Source: a virus
Taxonomy: Duplodnaviria > Caudoviricetes
Direction: 5' to 3' (one strand)
IMG/VR virus record: IMGVR_UViG_3300047539_000162
Coordinates: 2,764-66,763 of that record
DNA length: 64,000 bases
The notes under the pieces were generated by a model. The model was given only the letters and a program-made list of their open reading frames with translations. It was not told where the DNA came from and made no database searches. Shown one piece after another: positions 9,605 through 19,420 of this stretch. The first letter of the stretch is position 1. Every line of letters begins with the position of its first letter. The position numbers and the translations under genes were made by a program.

Positions 9605-9915
9605 ATGTTGACAGTGTTCTATCAGCAGAAACCAGAGCATGACACCCCGTACAGAACGTTGCATCTCAGGCCAGACCCTGAGAAGGGATGGTGCGTTCGG
9701 TTGACGGGTGGAACGAAGTTTGAACCGGGCGGTGACTCAGAGGTATTGAAAGAGGAATTGGTGAAGGATTGGAACGCAGGGAAGATTGTCTTTGACGAAT
9801 TCTTCACTGAGTGACGGGAGCCGGTTGGCGACCCTATTCGGCCCAAGAGGACTGGGAGCCCGCACACGTAGCAACCTTCCAGAACAGAGTGAATAGAGAG
9901 CTACCAAAAGCATAA
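9605..9915 (+). CDS. Hypothetical protein (WGR-like?), probable 1-nt frameshift near 9812
   Basis: The 69-aa ORF continues in a shifted frame, TGAGWRPYSAQEDW..., to a TAA at 9913-9915 just before the next gene. Confidence 0.5.
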
Positions 9916-9920
9916 CCCTC

Positions 9921-10175
9921 ATGCACAAGGTCTACATGGGATTCATGCAGCGTGACGGCTGGCACGTCTACTTCATGCTGCCCGATTTGCAGACGCATCT
10001 CCCACTCAAACTCACGTTCAGCGACCCGCAGAAAATTGTGGAGATGGCGTTACGTGGTGGGATGGATACTGGCTTGGAAACGAGAGCCGCACTGGAGCAT
10101 GGCATCTCGATTGGCCGGGGCGGTGTGTGGTTGAATCTAGCTCAGGAGCAATACGACCGGCTCAGAACTGTTTGA
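9921..10175 (+). CDS. Conserved Acidobacteria-type hypothetical protein
   Basis: 84 aa; MH.VYM.F..R.GW...GRGGVWLNL..EQY recalled as a recurrent family. Confidence 0.75.
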   Translation: MHKVYMGFMQRDGWHVYFMLPDLQTHLPLKLTFSDPQKIVEMALRGGMDTGLETRAALEHGISIGRGGVWLNLAQEQYDRLRTV

Positions 10176-10203
10176 ACTGCCCTACACTGTAAATGGGGGA
10201 TTC

Positions 10204-10500
10204 ATGGACACAACTGATTTGGTGGCGAAGCGAGACTACAGTAAGGGCGATGTGCGTCTGATGGTCATTGTGCGTGTTGTCTCCGGCTCCGACGTAAACG
10301 GTCTGATGCTCCGGTATGAAGAGTGGGTGAATAACGTCGAAGATGTGAGCAAGCGGGATGACTCCGGCGACCTGCACTACCTGTCGCAGAAGTTCTACGC
10401 CAAGTTGGTTGACCTGTACCACGAGGGTTGGAAGTTTACAGGCGCTATGGATGGCACCGGCAAGCAACACGCTCGATTCTTCGACCCTGCGATGTTGTAG
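10204..10500 (+). CDS. Hypothetical 98-aa protein, paralog of 2193-2489
   Basis: Same length and colinear conserved residues as 2193-2489. Confidence 0.8.
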   Translation: MDTTDLVAKRDYSKGDVRLMVIVRVVSGSDVNGLMLRYEEWVNNVEDVSKRDDSGDLHYLSQKFYAKLVDLYHEGWKFTGAMDGTGKQHARFFDPAML

Positions 10501-10576
10501 AGATATGGGGAACGATGAGCCGGTTTGAATCGCGTATGCTGCTTGCTAATACCAGAATCCCGTCAGGCACATTCTT

Positions 10577-11457
10577 ATGTACAGACGACACACCTCTGTT
10601 CTTGCCATCGTCGTGCTGCTGAGCCTTGGTCTAACGGCTGCAACGGCACTCTCGCAGTCGAAGCCAAACACAACCAGCACTCCAAAGAAATCGCCCTCGG
10701 TTGCAGCACGGACGGTTCCCACTATCAAATGCACCGACCCCGACAGCATGGTAGCTTGCAAGAGCTTCAAACAGCTTGTAGACGCTCGGGACAAGGATTT
10801 GATGGACTCATTGACTGGCGACAAAGACATAGGGGAAAAGCATTTCGCCTACGTTTGTCTCTGGCCGAAGCAAGATACTTTCAAGATTGTGGAATTTTAT
10901 GAGCCTCCATCTGCAGAATTCCAACCGTATTCACCACCAGTTGAAGCGAAGGGCTTGTCAGTCATAGCAAACGGACAAGCCGCCTTTCCATACGCCAAAG
11001 AGAAGCCAGTCATGCAACTGCTGGACGCACAAGAGAAATGGTTCAAAGACCACGACGATTTTTCGAGGATCACTTCGGGTGGGTTTACGTGGACTCATGG
11101 GAAAAAGGCATTTTGGCCGACTACCTGTCTGATTACGGAAAATGGCGACGGCCTTTGCCTCAGGGGCACAGTCGTTCCAATGAAGACAGTACCTTCGAAA
11201 GCGCACACGAGTGGCTTGCCCACTTCAATAAAGAGAACGATGACAAATTTGCAGCGATAGATGACAAGGAGCGCCCAAGAATAATCGTGGGTGACACCAG
11301 CATCTACGTGCATTACAGCTACAAGAACAAGAATAATGACTACACGGATTACACGCTCACCATTCAACGTTCGACAGGTCGCTTCACGGAGTCGTTTGCA
11401 GCACCCGGACTTGACCCCTTTGATGATGCCGGAACGTGTATGAGTTTTAAGTATTGA
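10577..11457 (+). CDS. Secreted protein (signal peptide), frameshifted at T5 11059-11063; paralog of 11539-12444
   Basis: Adding one T joins ORF 10577-11260 to ORF 11038-11457; both halves align with the intact downstream paralog. Confidence 0.75.
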
Positions 11458-11538
11458 CAGATGCAGACAGGGGCGGCGGGAAAGCGGTTAGACAACTATT
11501 ATTCTTCCCACCTTCAGAATCACAGAAGGAGACGCTGT

Positions 11539-12444
11539 ATGAACAGACGCAGTGCCGCGCTCTCAGTCATCGCGCTTCTGAGCCTTGGCCTCGCGACAAC
11601 AGCAGCAGCACAACAGACCAAGCCGAACCCGCCCAGCACTGCCAAGAAATCGTCGCCAGTCGCGGCGAAGACTATTCCGACCATCAAGTGCACTGACCCC
11701 GACACGATGACAGCTTGCAAAAGCCTCAAGCAACTTGTAGAAGCGAGAGATGAACGCATTCTTGACATACTGATGGGAACGCAATCCGCCTCAATAAAGC
11801 TGTCAGACTACTATACGCATATTGCGTACGTGTGCCTTGCAAAGAACTCAGATGAGTTTAGGACAGTCGATTTCGGATTGCCCAAAGGGAAGAGTTATAA
11901 GCCCTATTCGTTTTATTTAGGCGAGGAGGCGGTGAAGAGGTCAAATGAGCAATCTGCCTTTCTAGGCCCGTCAACTCCTAATCATCCTGTCGACCCGTCA
12001 ATACAAGACCAATGGTACGAAGAGCATTTGGATAGAGAAATCTATGACTTTGGCTCCGTCGATACCCATGAATATTCAGACGGCCTACCGTTGCAGTGGG
12101 AAATGGACTTTGGCAAATGGAGTCGGCCATCCGAATCACAATACAACCCGGCATCTGACAATGCGGCAACTTTTGAAGGGGCGTATGTATGGCTTGAGAG
12201 GCATACTGGCAACGACAAAGACTCTCCAGATATTGGTGACGACCCCGAGCACGCCCATGTCTTTATTGTTGACGGTAGCGTCCATGTTCACTATTGGTTT
12301 GAAACCAAAACGGGAGCCAACATTAACGTTGAGCTACGTATTCAGGCGTCAACAGATCGCTTTACACAATCACTCGTTGTGCGTGAGCTACCTTCGCTCG
12401 GGGCTGTCGAAAGCACAGGAACTTGCATGATTTTCAAGCAGTGA
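11539..12444 (+). CDS. Secreted protein, tandem paralog
   Basis: Signal peptide; shares TIKCTDPD.M.ACKS.KQLV.ARD, .GKW.RP and GTCM.FK with the upstream gene. Confidence 0.8.
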   Translation: MNRRSAALSVIALLSLGLATTAAAQQTKPNPPSTAKKSSPVAAKTIPTIKCTDPDTMTACKSLKQLVEARDERILDILMGTQSASIKLSDYYTHIAYVCLAKNSDEFRTVDFGLPKGKSYKPYSFYLGEEAVKRSNEQSAFLGPSTPNHPVDPSIQDQWYEEHLDREIYDFGSVDTHEYSDGLPLQWEMDFGKWSRPSESQYNPASDNAATFEGAYVWLERHTGNDKDSPDIGDDPEHAHVFIVDGSVHVHYWFETKTGANINVELRIQASTDRFTQSLVVRELPSLGAVESTGTCMIFKQ

Positions 12445-12498
12445 CTCGACCAAAAGCGCGGGAGATTGTTGGGCTTCTTGTAATGCGGAGGTAGCGTA

Positions 12499-12729
12499 AT
12501 GCTCTATGCGATTCGAGTCGCCGACATCCCAAAGTTCATCATTGGATTCGTCATTGCGGTCGTTCTGCTTGGCGGATTGATTTCGCTCTGGAAGTCTACT
12601 GGAGGGATGGCCGACTGGGTTGTATATTTGCTTCTCGCTGGCATCATCGTCATTAGCTCTGTGGCCGGTCACTTTATTTGGAATTCGTGCGTACTGCATG
12701 GGGCGCGACAAGAGGCAAGCATTAGCTGA
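12499..12729 (+). CDS. Small two-TM membrane protein
   Basis: 76 aa, GGAGG RBS, two hydrophobic helices. Confidence 0.65.
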   Translation: MLYAIRVADIPKFIIGFVIAVVLLGGLISLWKSTGGMADWVVYLLLAGIIVISSVAGHFIWNSCVLHGARQEASIS

Positions 12730-12753
12730 AATGAGCAGGTGCTGAAGGGGCTT

Positions 12754-13614
12754 ATGGAAAATCGGAACACGTTCTTTGACTATTACAGTCGGTTCTTCCA
12801 GAAGTTCTCGAAAGATTTCGTGGATTGGCCTCGTGACAATATTGTTGTCGCGGGGATTGCGGCGATTGCACCTCCGCTTGTTTTGTATCTGCGTAATCCT
12901 AAGGTATCGCCCGACTGGGAACTACTCAAGACGACGCTCTTGGTCTACTTGGCGTTGCTCAGTGTCTACACAATTCTCCAACTTATTCTGGTTCCTTGGA
13001 AGATTGACCGAGAGCAGTCACTCGCAATTTCAACACTGCAAGCCGGGAAGACTGCATTGCTCAACGAGAAACGAGAGTTCGATGAAGCCAAGCCCAACAT
13101 CATCCTTCGAGAACCAGACGCAAGACATGTTCAAATGCTTTCGTTTAATGCTGGCGGTGTTGTGATTCTTACGGCACCAATGGTTAAGGTTCGCTTTGTA
13201 AATAGACCGGAGAAACACGCACCCACAGCCATTGCATATGGGGTGAGCGCGAAAATCAAATTCTTCGATGAGACAGAACGGTTGGTTCTTGAAATGGACG
13301 GTCGTTGGGACGACAAAGCCCAGCCATCCCTGCGACCGACCACCGAATCAAAAAGAGACCTGTTACTTGCTGACTTCAGTTTTGAAGAGGAGCGCAATCT
13401 GGACATTGCGTTCTTTGACATGAACTCAATGGAGTTCGTCGCTTTCAATAACGACAACTACAATTACCAGAATCTCAAGAAGCCTGCGCATGTTCTTAGT
13501 GGCTGCCACTTTAGGGCTGAGATACGACTGGTTGCCGTCCATGTAGACGTAAACTATTCCGTCGAATTCAGTACCACTGGGCTACGCGGGAACCACATCA
13601 CAATACTCGGCTAG
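12754..13614 (+). CDS. Hypothetical protein, two N-terminal TM helices plus a soluble domain
   Basis: Long ORF (about 286 aa) with hydrophobic segments and a coiled coil. Confidence 0.7.
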   Translation: MENRNTFFDYYSRFFQKFSKDFVDWPRDNIVVAGIAAIAPPLVLYLRNPKVSPDWELLKTTLLVYLALLSVYTILQLILVPWKIDREQSLAISTLQAGKTALLNEKREFDEAKPNIILREPDARHVQMLSFNAGGVVILTAPMVKVRFVNRPEKHAPTAIAYGVSAKIKFFDETERLVLEMDGRWDDKAQPSLRPTTESKRDLLLADFSFEEERNLDIAFFDMNSMEFVAFNNDNYNYQNLKKPAHVLSGCHFRAEIRLVAVHVDVNYSVEFSTTGLRGNHITILG

Positions 13615-14042
13615 ACCAATAAACAATGGTTTAGCGTTCTCTTTGGAGAGGATGCGGAACAGTCCTGAAACCTGATGCGGCTCATTGACTAAACCATGTG
13701 GACTAGCCGGTCGGCAGCGGAATGGCAGCAAAAAGCCCCCGAAAATCGGGGGCCGGGAATTGGGGTTTGTGCACCACTCTCCAGCAACGAGACTCTGTCG
13801 CCGGATTCCTCGCTGAGTGCATCGGCGATTTGGCTGAAACCCGAGAGCACCGGACAGATCAAACTGGATAGATCAATTCATCCGCCTGATTCGATAGCAG
13901 ATCGCTATATTGGCGAACCACAGGTTGACAACAGCAGCGCATAAGCCTAGCGTCCTAATTGAGCAAGCTACCCCTTCTTACTCGTTCAGGTTCCCTGAAC
14001 TAAGTCAGCCCATCTGAAGCTTTCCCACCTTAGATTTCTCAA

Positions 14043-14507
14043 ATGATGAGTTGTGTTATGACCCTAATGACCCGTTGGGAGCCTTTGCGTGAGTTTTCCG
14101 CCATGCACGACCGCCTCAATCGTATGAACCGTCTTTTCCGTGAGTCGTTTAGCCCCGTAGTCCCGGAAGAGGCATTAACTACCACCAGCTACGCACCGCC
14201 GGTGGACATCTACGAAGACGAGCACAACATTACGTTGAAGCTTGAAGCTCCGGGCATTGATGTGAAATGCCTAAACTGTGCCGGGAAAGGGAAGCTTAGA
14301 TGTACCAGCGGTTGCATAGACGGCCACCTAATATGCCCCGAATGTGGGGGACGCCGCGGCTGTTCGAACTGTAGCCGAACTAGGATGGTATCTTGCTCAA
14401 CTTGCGGAGGCTGCGGCGAGATTGTTTGTAGTCAGTGCCAAGGAAGCGGTTCAATATTGGCAAACTTAACCACCAGTCGCGGGACGGCATGGATAGAGTC
14501 ACGCTGA
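14043..14507 (+). CDS. Chimeric ORF: truncated Hsp20 fused in frame to a DnaJ-like Cys-rich Zn finger
   Basis: TRWEPLREF...APPVDIYEDEHNITLKLEAPGID (sHSP start), then CLNCAGKG..CPECGG..CSTCGGCG..CSQCQGSG. Confidence 0.7.
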   Translation: MMSCVMTLMTRWEPLREFSAMHDRLNRMNRLFRESFSPVVPEEALTTTSYAPPVDIYEDEHNITLKLEAPGIDVKCLNCAGKGKLRCTSGCIDGHLICPECGGRRGCSNCSRTRMVSCSTCGGCGEIVCSQCQGSGSILANLTTSRGTAWIESR

Positions 14508-14788
14508 AGCTGAAAAGATCAACTCTCAAGGGGATCGTGGCGCTGTGTTACGTGACCGGCGAATCACTGCGGAGAACGTTTGAGTATGAGCACTTGGAGC
14601 CACACGAGAGGCGCGATGTCTTTGCGCGGTGGAATCAGGTCACCGCAGATGCACTCGCTGGTCATCACAGCAGCAGCTTGCCATTGATGGCGTTGGTGAC
14701 CATCTTCGTCGTTCTTCAATACTCGAATCTCGTGTACAGTCTCATCTTCAATGACTGGAGTTTCACGTACAGACGCACAATCAAGTGA
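14489..14788 (+). CDS. Hypothetical protein with a C-terminal TM segment
   Basis: 99 aa from MDRVTLK. Confidence 0.45.
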   Translation: MDRVTLKLKRSTLKGIVALCYVTGESLRRTFEYEHLEPHERRDVFARWNQVTADALAGHHSSSLPLMALVTIFVVLQYSNLVYSLIFNDWSFTYRRTIK

Positions 14789-15393
14789 TTCATTTGATCC
14801 TTTTTGATGATCGAAGTTTGGTTTGGCGAATGATGTGGGAGTCCATCGTCGAATTGGTCAGTGGACAGCAGGATGTTCATGCCGTCGTTGAATTTCTCTT
14901 CTGAAGTAGGCACGATGATTTCCCATCTGCGCTGATAGCTGTAAAGCAGCACGCTAATCTGTTCTTGGTGGTTTGCTCTAACACTTTACAACCCAATGCG
15001 TGGCTAATCAAGACACTTCGTTCCGTGCTTTGAGTACGAAAGTTGGAGAGCGTGCCGGGACGGCACGGTCGCGCCGGATATGGATTCGCAACCGGCGAAT
15101 GAGCGACTCCATTGCCCTCATGCCTGTTTCTTCTTGAGAAGGTCGCTTTGGGGAAGGCAAACGGGCTATTGTAATCAGAGGCCACCCCCTAACTACCACA
15201 AAATGAAGGGTCACTCGCCCGGAGTGAGCCTTCTTAATCTGGCAGCAACCGGGATGCTGGTAAGGGACGCCCACCCAAGTTTCGCAACTGGAATCACCCC
15301 GGACGTATAATCAGCTAACCAATTTGCCCTTTTCGGGCGTCTTATAGCCTAAGCGGGGCGGGGTGACCACCGGCAAGAAGCATTCAGGGGGCA

Positions 15394-16600
15394 CTAGGTC
15401 AGCGACAATGTGAAGATGTACCTTGGTAGGCACTTTCCTGAAGACGAATGGGCTTGCATAGTTGGAGCATGCAAACCTATCACCGTGTGCATGTTGAGTT
15501 GGGGAGGAGAGACGGGCGGCAGGTGGCCGAGATGTTGAGCAAGGGGCGGGAGTCGGCGCGAGTGCTGCGGCGAGCTTCCATTTTGCGCCAGCTCGACGGT
15601 GGGCAGAGGGTAGCGCAGGTGGCCGAGAACGCCGGCGTAGCGCCGAAGACGGTGCGCGCCATCGCCCGGCGCTACGAGGACGAGGGACTGGATTCGGCTC
15701 TTTACGAAAAACCGCGTCCGGGCCAGACGCGGGTCCTGAACGCGGGGCAGAAGCAGCGGATCGTGGCCATGGTTTGCGGGCCGCCGCCGGAGGGCCGGGC
15801 GCGGTGGAGCGTACGGTTGATCACCGAGGAAGCGGCGAAACGGAAGCTGGGGCCGCCGGTGAGCCGGGAAACCATCCGTATCCTGCTGGAGAACCATGAA
15901 CTGAAGCCATGGCGGGAAAAAAATGTGGTGTATCGCGGAGTTGAACGCGGAGTACATCGCGCGCATGGAAGACGTTCTGGCTCTCTATGAAAAGCCGCTG
16001 TTGGAGAAGGAGCCGGTGGTTTGCATGGATGAAAAGCCGGTGGTGCTGCACACCGATGTTCGCCCGCCACGCCCCATGCGGCCGGGAAGGGTCGCACGGC
16101 GAGACTGCGAGTATCAGCGTCGCGGCACGGCCAACGCTTTCTGCGGCGTGGAGCCCAAGGCGGGGCGGCACTTCACCAAAATAACGCCCAACCGCTCCGC
16201 GCCCCAGTTCGCCGATTATCTGCTGGAGATCGTCGCCGCCTATCCTGAGGCCGACACCATCCATCTGGTGATGGACAATCTGAGCTCGCACCGCCGCAAG
16301 GCGTTGGTCGATCGCTACGGAGAAAGGATCGGCGGCCGGTTATGGGATCGGTTCACAGTGCACTACACACCCAAGCACGGCAGTTGGCTGAACCAGGCCG
16401 AGATCGAGATAAGCCTGTTCAGCCGGGAGTGCCTTGGGCTCCGCAGGATTCCATCGCCTCGCGACCTGCGCCGCGAAGCGCAGGCGTGGAACCAGAAAAT
16501 GAATCGCGATCACGTCGTCATCAACTGGAAGTTCACACGCAAAAGGGCACGTCAGAAGTTCGGCTACAAAAGAAACAAAATCAGGTTGTCAGAGACCTAG
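15394..16600 (+). mobile_element. IS630-family element (complete, two-ORF type)
   Basis: CTAG at both ends (15394-15397, 16597-16600); imperfect TIRs ctaggtcagcgacaa and rc ctaggtctctgacaa. Confidence 0.93.
15469..16600 (+). CDS. IS630 transposase split by a +1 frameshift at A7 (15917-15923)
   Basis: The HTH ORF ends LKPWREK; the DDE ORF begins MWCIAE and contains CMDEKP, MDNLSSH, PKHGSWLNQAEIE. Confidence 0.88.
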
Positions 16601-16831
16601 AAGGCTTTGTAGCGAGTTGATGTTCTTTTCACTCCGCTGGTGGAAGATTCTTTTTCCTCACCCGTGGTATTTGGGGATCGCAGCACAAGTCGCACACTAT
16701 TCCAACAAGCGACCACACGAAGGGCACCAGTCCTTCGACACGACGGGTCGCCGACTATCGGTAGCGGCTTTAAGTATTCGAGTCATAGCGGATTCAGGTT
16801 CTTCCTCCGGGGGTGCGTCGTGTCACAGGTG

Positions 16832-17317
16832 ATGCGAGGAGGGCTCCGTTTCGAGACGGCAGTACAGTGCGTGCTTGAAATCCTGATCGATAGTCAGGAA
16901 GGGCTTGTCACTTTGGGCGAAAGGCTTCAGGATCAAACCCTCAAGCAATATTTCTTCGCTGAGGCACTGCTGCGTGGGCAGTTTATCGACCAACTGGAGA
17001 CGACCCTCCGCCAGCGAGGCGTGAGCCGATTCCGAGATAAGGGCAGCGCGGCAGCGGCCCTCCATCGCACATGGGCACGCATCAAGTCTAGGTTCATAGG
17101 CGGCGATCACACACTGCTGGTCGCAGCCGAATTGGGCGAAGACGCCGTCAGCGAAGTCTACAGCAAAGCCTTGGAGACGCGCCTCCCTACCTCCATTCGC
17201 GAGATTCTGACAGCGCAGGTCGCACACATCGACTCGGTTCACGCTTTCGTGAAATCGGAGCGTGACCGCCCCCGAGGACAGGGACAAAGCGGCGCAGACT
17301 ACCATTTGAATGATTGA
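16832..17317 (+). CDS. PA2169/DUF2383 family four-helix-bundle protein
   Basis: LIDSQEG...GS.AAALHRTW..IK.......L..AE.GED.....Y..AL pattern. Confidence 0.75.
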   Translation: MRGGLRFETAVQCVLEILIDSQEGLVTLGERLQDQTLKQYFFAEALLRGQFIDQLETTLRQRGVSRFRDKGSAAAALHRTWARIKSRFIGGDHTLLVAAELGEDAVSEVYSKALETRLPTSIREILTAQVAHIDSVHAFVKSERDRPRGQGQSGADYHLND

Positions 17318-17499
17318 CGACTTGGCAGTCGAAGCCGACTATCCAGTGCGCTTCGTTCAGACCGTTCAATGCGGCAGGACTCGCTTCCCATCAAATGAGT
17401 ATCTTTCCCTTGATGGTGCGAGTCGTTGTCACCTTGCCGTTGGGACGGGCAACGGTGACCGACTGGCTGACAGGTCGGCCATTGTGGGAGTTGCATAGG

Positions 17500-17904
17500 C
17501 TAATCGAGCCGCGCCAGTCTCGATTGCGCTGCTTCGCGAAGTTCTGCCGGTGCTCCGGGGCAGAAATTCGAGAAGTGCTGAGCCTCGGTCTTGGCGTCGA
17601 AAGTAACGTAGACGTGTCTGCACCAAAAGCAGAAGCCGACAACATTTTCAGGGTGAGCGTCAGCACAGCCGCAGTCGCAACGAGGCTTCTCTGCATCGCT
17701 CGATAAGTGCCCGAAAAAGTTGGCTAACTCATCGTCAGATAACACAGGAAGCTGCCGCTGATGTTCAGGACAAGCACGCAACTCGATGGGGCACTCGGTG
17801 TGGTCGGCAGCAGACTCCATCAGTTCGCCGCAGAGGCACTCGCAGGTACTGTCAGTGCATACCCACTCGTGTCCCTCATCGGCGCAGTAGTGCTTGTGGC
17901 TCAT
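17500..17904 (-). CDS. Cys/His-rich hypothetical protein
   Basis: 134 aa with 13 Cys in CxC/CxxC clusters; RBS upstream. Confidence 0.7.
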   Translation of the reverse strand: MSHKHYCADEGHEWVCTDSTCECLCGELMESAADHTECPIELRACPEHQRQLPVLSDDELANFFGHLSSDAEKPRCDCGCADAHPENVVGFCFWCRHVYVTFDAKTEAQHFSNFCPGAPAELREAAQSRLARLD

Positions 17905-17946
17905 TTCTGCCCCTCACTCTGAAATCACAAGTGCCCATGCCCCATA

Positions 17947-18141
17947 TCAGGGAAGCAACTTGCCGTTGATGAGATTGGTAACTGTCACCTTGCCGTTCGG
18001 CTCTCGAACGGTGATGTTCTGGCTGACCGGACGCCCGTTGTATGTGTTGTGGACGGTATTGCTCGTGATGCTTGTCCCGTCCGCCGTGCGGCTGTGGTTG
18101 ATTTCGCCGACCAGCTTGCCGTTGTTGTCGTAGCTTTTCAT
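17947..18141 (-). CDS. Small beta-rich hypothetical protein
   Basis: 64 aa, AGGAG RBS; its C-terminal half is repeated at about 17391-17490. Confidence 0.65.
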   Translation of the reverse strand: MKSYDNNGKLVGEINHSRTADGTSITSNTVHNTYNGRPVSQNITVREPNGKVTVTNLINGKLLP

Positions 18142-18356
18142 AGATTCTCCTTTTTGAAATTGATGAAAATTGGTTGTCCATGGCGATTTTGAAAAACCTC
18201 GATTGCAAGTGCCTTGCCTTCCCCTGTTGCCTCACAGAGCAGTGGCTGAAGTTCATCGGCATCTGCGAGAGAGGTCAGAGCCAGATTTAAAGACTCACTC
18301 GGAAGGCTCTGCACGTTGCTGCTCGGACGGAATCGAACAATGACCTTATCAAGCAT
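18138..18356 (-). CDS. Hypothetical protein
   Basis: 72 aa, overlaps both neighbours. Confidence 0.5.
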   Translation of the reverse strand: MLDKVIVRFRPSSNVQSLPSESLNLALTSLADADELQPLLCEATGEGKALAIEVFQNRHGQPIFINFKKENL

Positions 18357-19009
18357 TAGGCTGCGACCCCCTCGCTGATCTCGTGGATGGGTTGAATTGA
18401 AATGGGCAATGCAGGGCTCGTCTGCTTAGCCTCGCGAACCCAACGAACCACACTGGCACGGCTCACCCCGTAGCGCTGTGCAACCTGCGTCAGACTGAGA
18501 CCGCTGAGCCGGTCTTGAACAAGCGCATCATGGTCGATGTCGAGCGGCTGGCGACCGACCGGCAAACCTTCAAGTTTCCGTCGCCGAATCCCGGCTCGTA
18601 CACGTTCCTTGATGAGGTCGCCTTCGAGTTCCGCGATTGCGGAGATGAGAGTAATGAAGAGCCTTCCCATCGCCCCATCGGTTGCGATGTTCTCTCGCCG
18701 TGAGATGAACTCAATTCCGATGGAGTCCAATTCGTCAATGACCGTCAAAAAATGTCTTGTGGAACGCGCCAAGCGGTCGAACGAGGAGACGATGAGCACT
18801 GTGAACTTCCGTTTCCGAGCATCGCGAAGCATTACGTCGAGACCGGGACGCCGACATTTTTGTCCGGAGATGCCGACATCCGTATACTCGGCGACAACCT
18901 CATAGCCACGCTGAGCGGCGAACTGGCGGAGGTCTAACAATTGGTTGTCAACGCGCTGGTCAACGGTGGACACACGGGCGTAAATCGCGCAAGATTTCAT
19001 TCTTCTCAC
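18356..19009 (-). CDS. Serine recombinase (resolvase/invertase) with C-terminal HTH
   Basis: IYARVST..Q, RPGL..ML, SFDRLARS, ERVRAG, and SLTQVAQRYGVSRASV.RW. Confidence 0.93.
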   Translation of the reverse strand: MRRMKSCAIYARVSTVDQRVDNQLLDLRQFAAQRGYEVVAEYTDVGISGQKCRRPGLDVMLRDARKRKFTVLIVSSFDRLARSTRHFLTVIDELDSIGIEFISRRENIATDGAMGRLFITLISAIAELEGDLIKERVRAGIRRRKLEGLPVGRQPLDIDHDALVQDRLSGLSLTQVAQRYGVSRASVVRWVREAKQTSPALPISIQPIHEISEGVAA

Positions 19010-19320
19010 TCCTGTTCCAGTCGTGGTAGCTTCGGGCGCTTAACCCCGTATTTCTTAGCAATACAAGGAGGAAGCTCAGGCCGTTTCTCTTGTTTGACTA
19101 CCACGCTACGGCCAGAATCCCAGTCAATCTCGACGTACTGCGCGAGGTAGACCTCCAACAGAGCGAGGTTTTGTCGGTATTCGGGGAATAGCCTCAACGC
19201 CTCGCGTCGAGCCATCAATTCGCAGTTGGCTTGTAGGACAAGGGAAACGCCTAAATCTTGCGGGGAACGCTGAATCTCAACGCAGAAGAGGTCAGGAGAT
19301 GGGATGGATTTGCTGTACAC
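19006..19320 (-). CDS. Hypothetical protein
   Basis: 104 aa, overlaps the recombinase start. Confidence 0.5.
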   Translation of the reverse strand: MYSKSIPSPDLFCVEIQRSPQDLGVSLVLQANCELMARREALRLFPEYRQNLALLEVYLAQYVEIDWDSGRSVVVKQEKRPELPPCIAKKYGVKRPKLPRLEQE

Positions 19321-19420
19321 GAGTTAGTATACGGAGCAGTCAAAAGTTTTGGCTAGTTTTTTGGATTATTATTTGCGAGTTTCTCGGCTTGGCACCCGAG
19401 CCGCACGCAGGAACATCGCT

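Noticed and set aside
13950-14043. CIRCE/HrcA operator upstream of the Hsp20 relic
   Set aside because: No TTAGCACTC-N9-GAGTGCTAA inverted repeat is visible.
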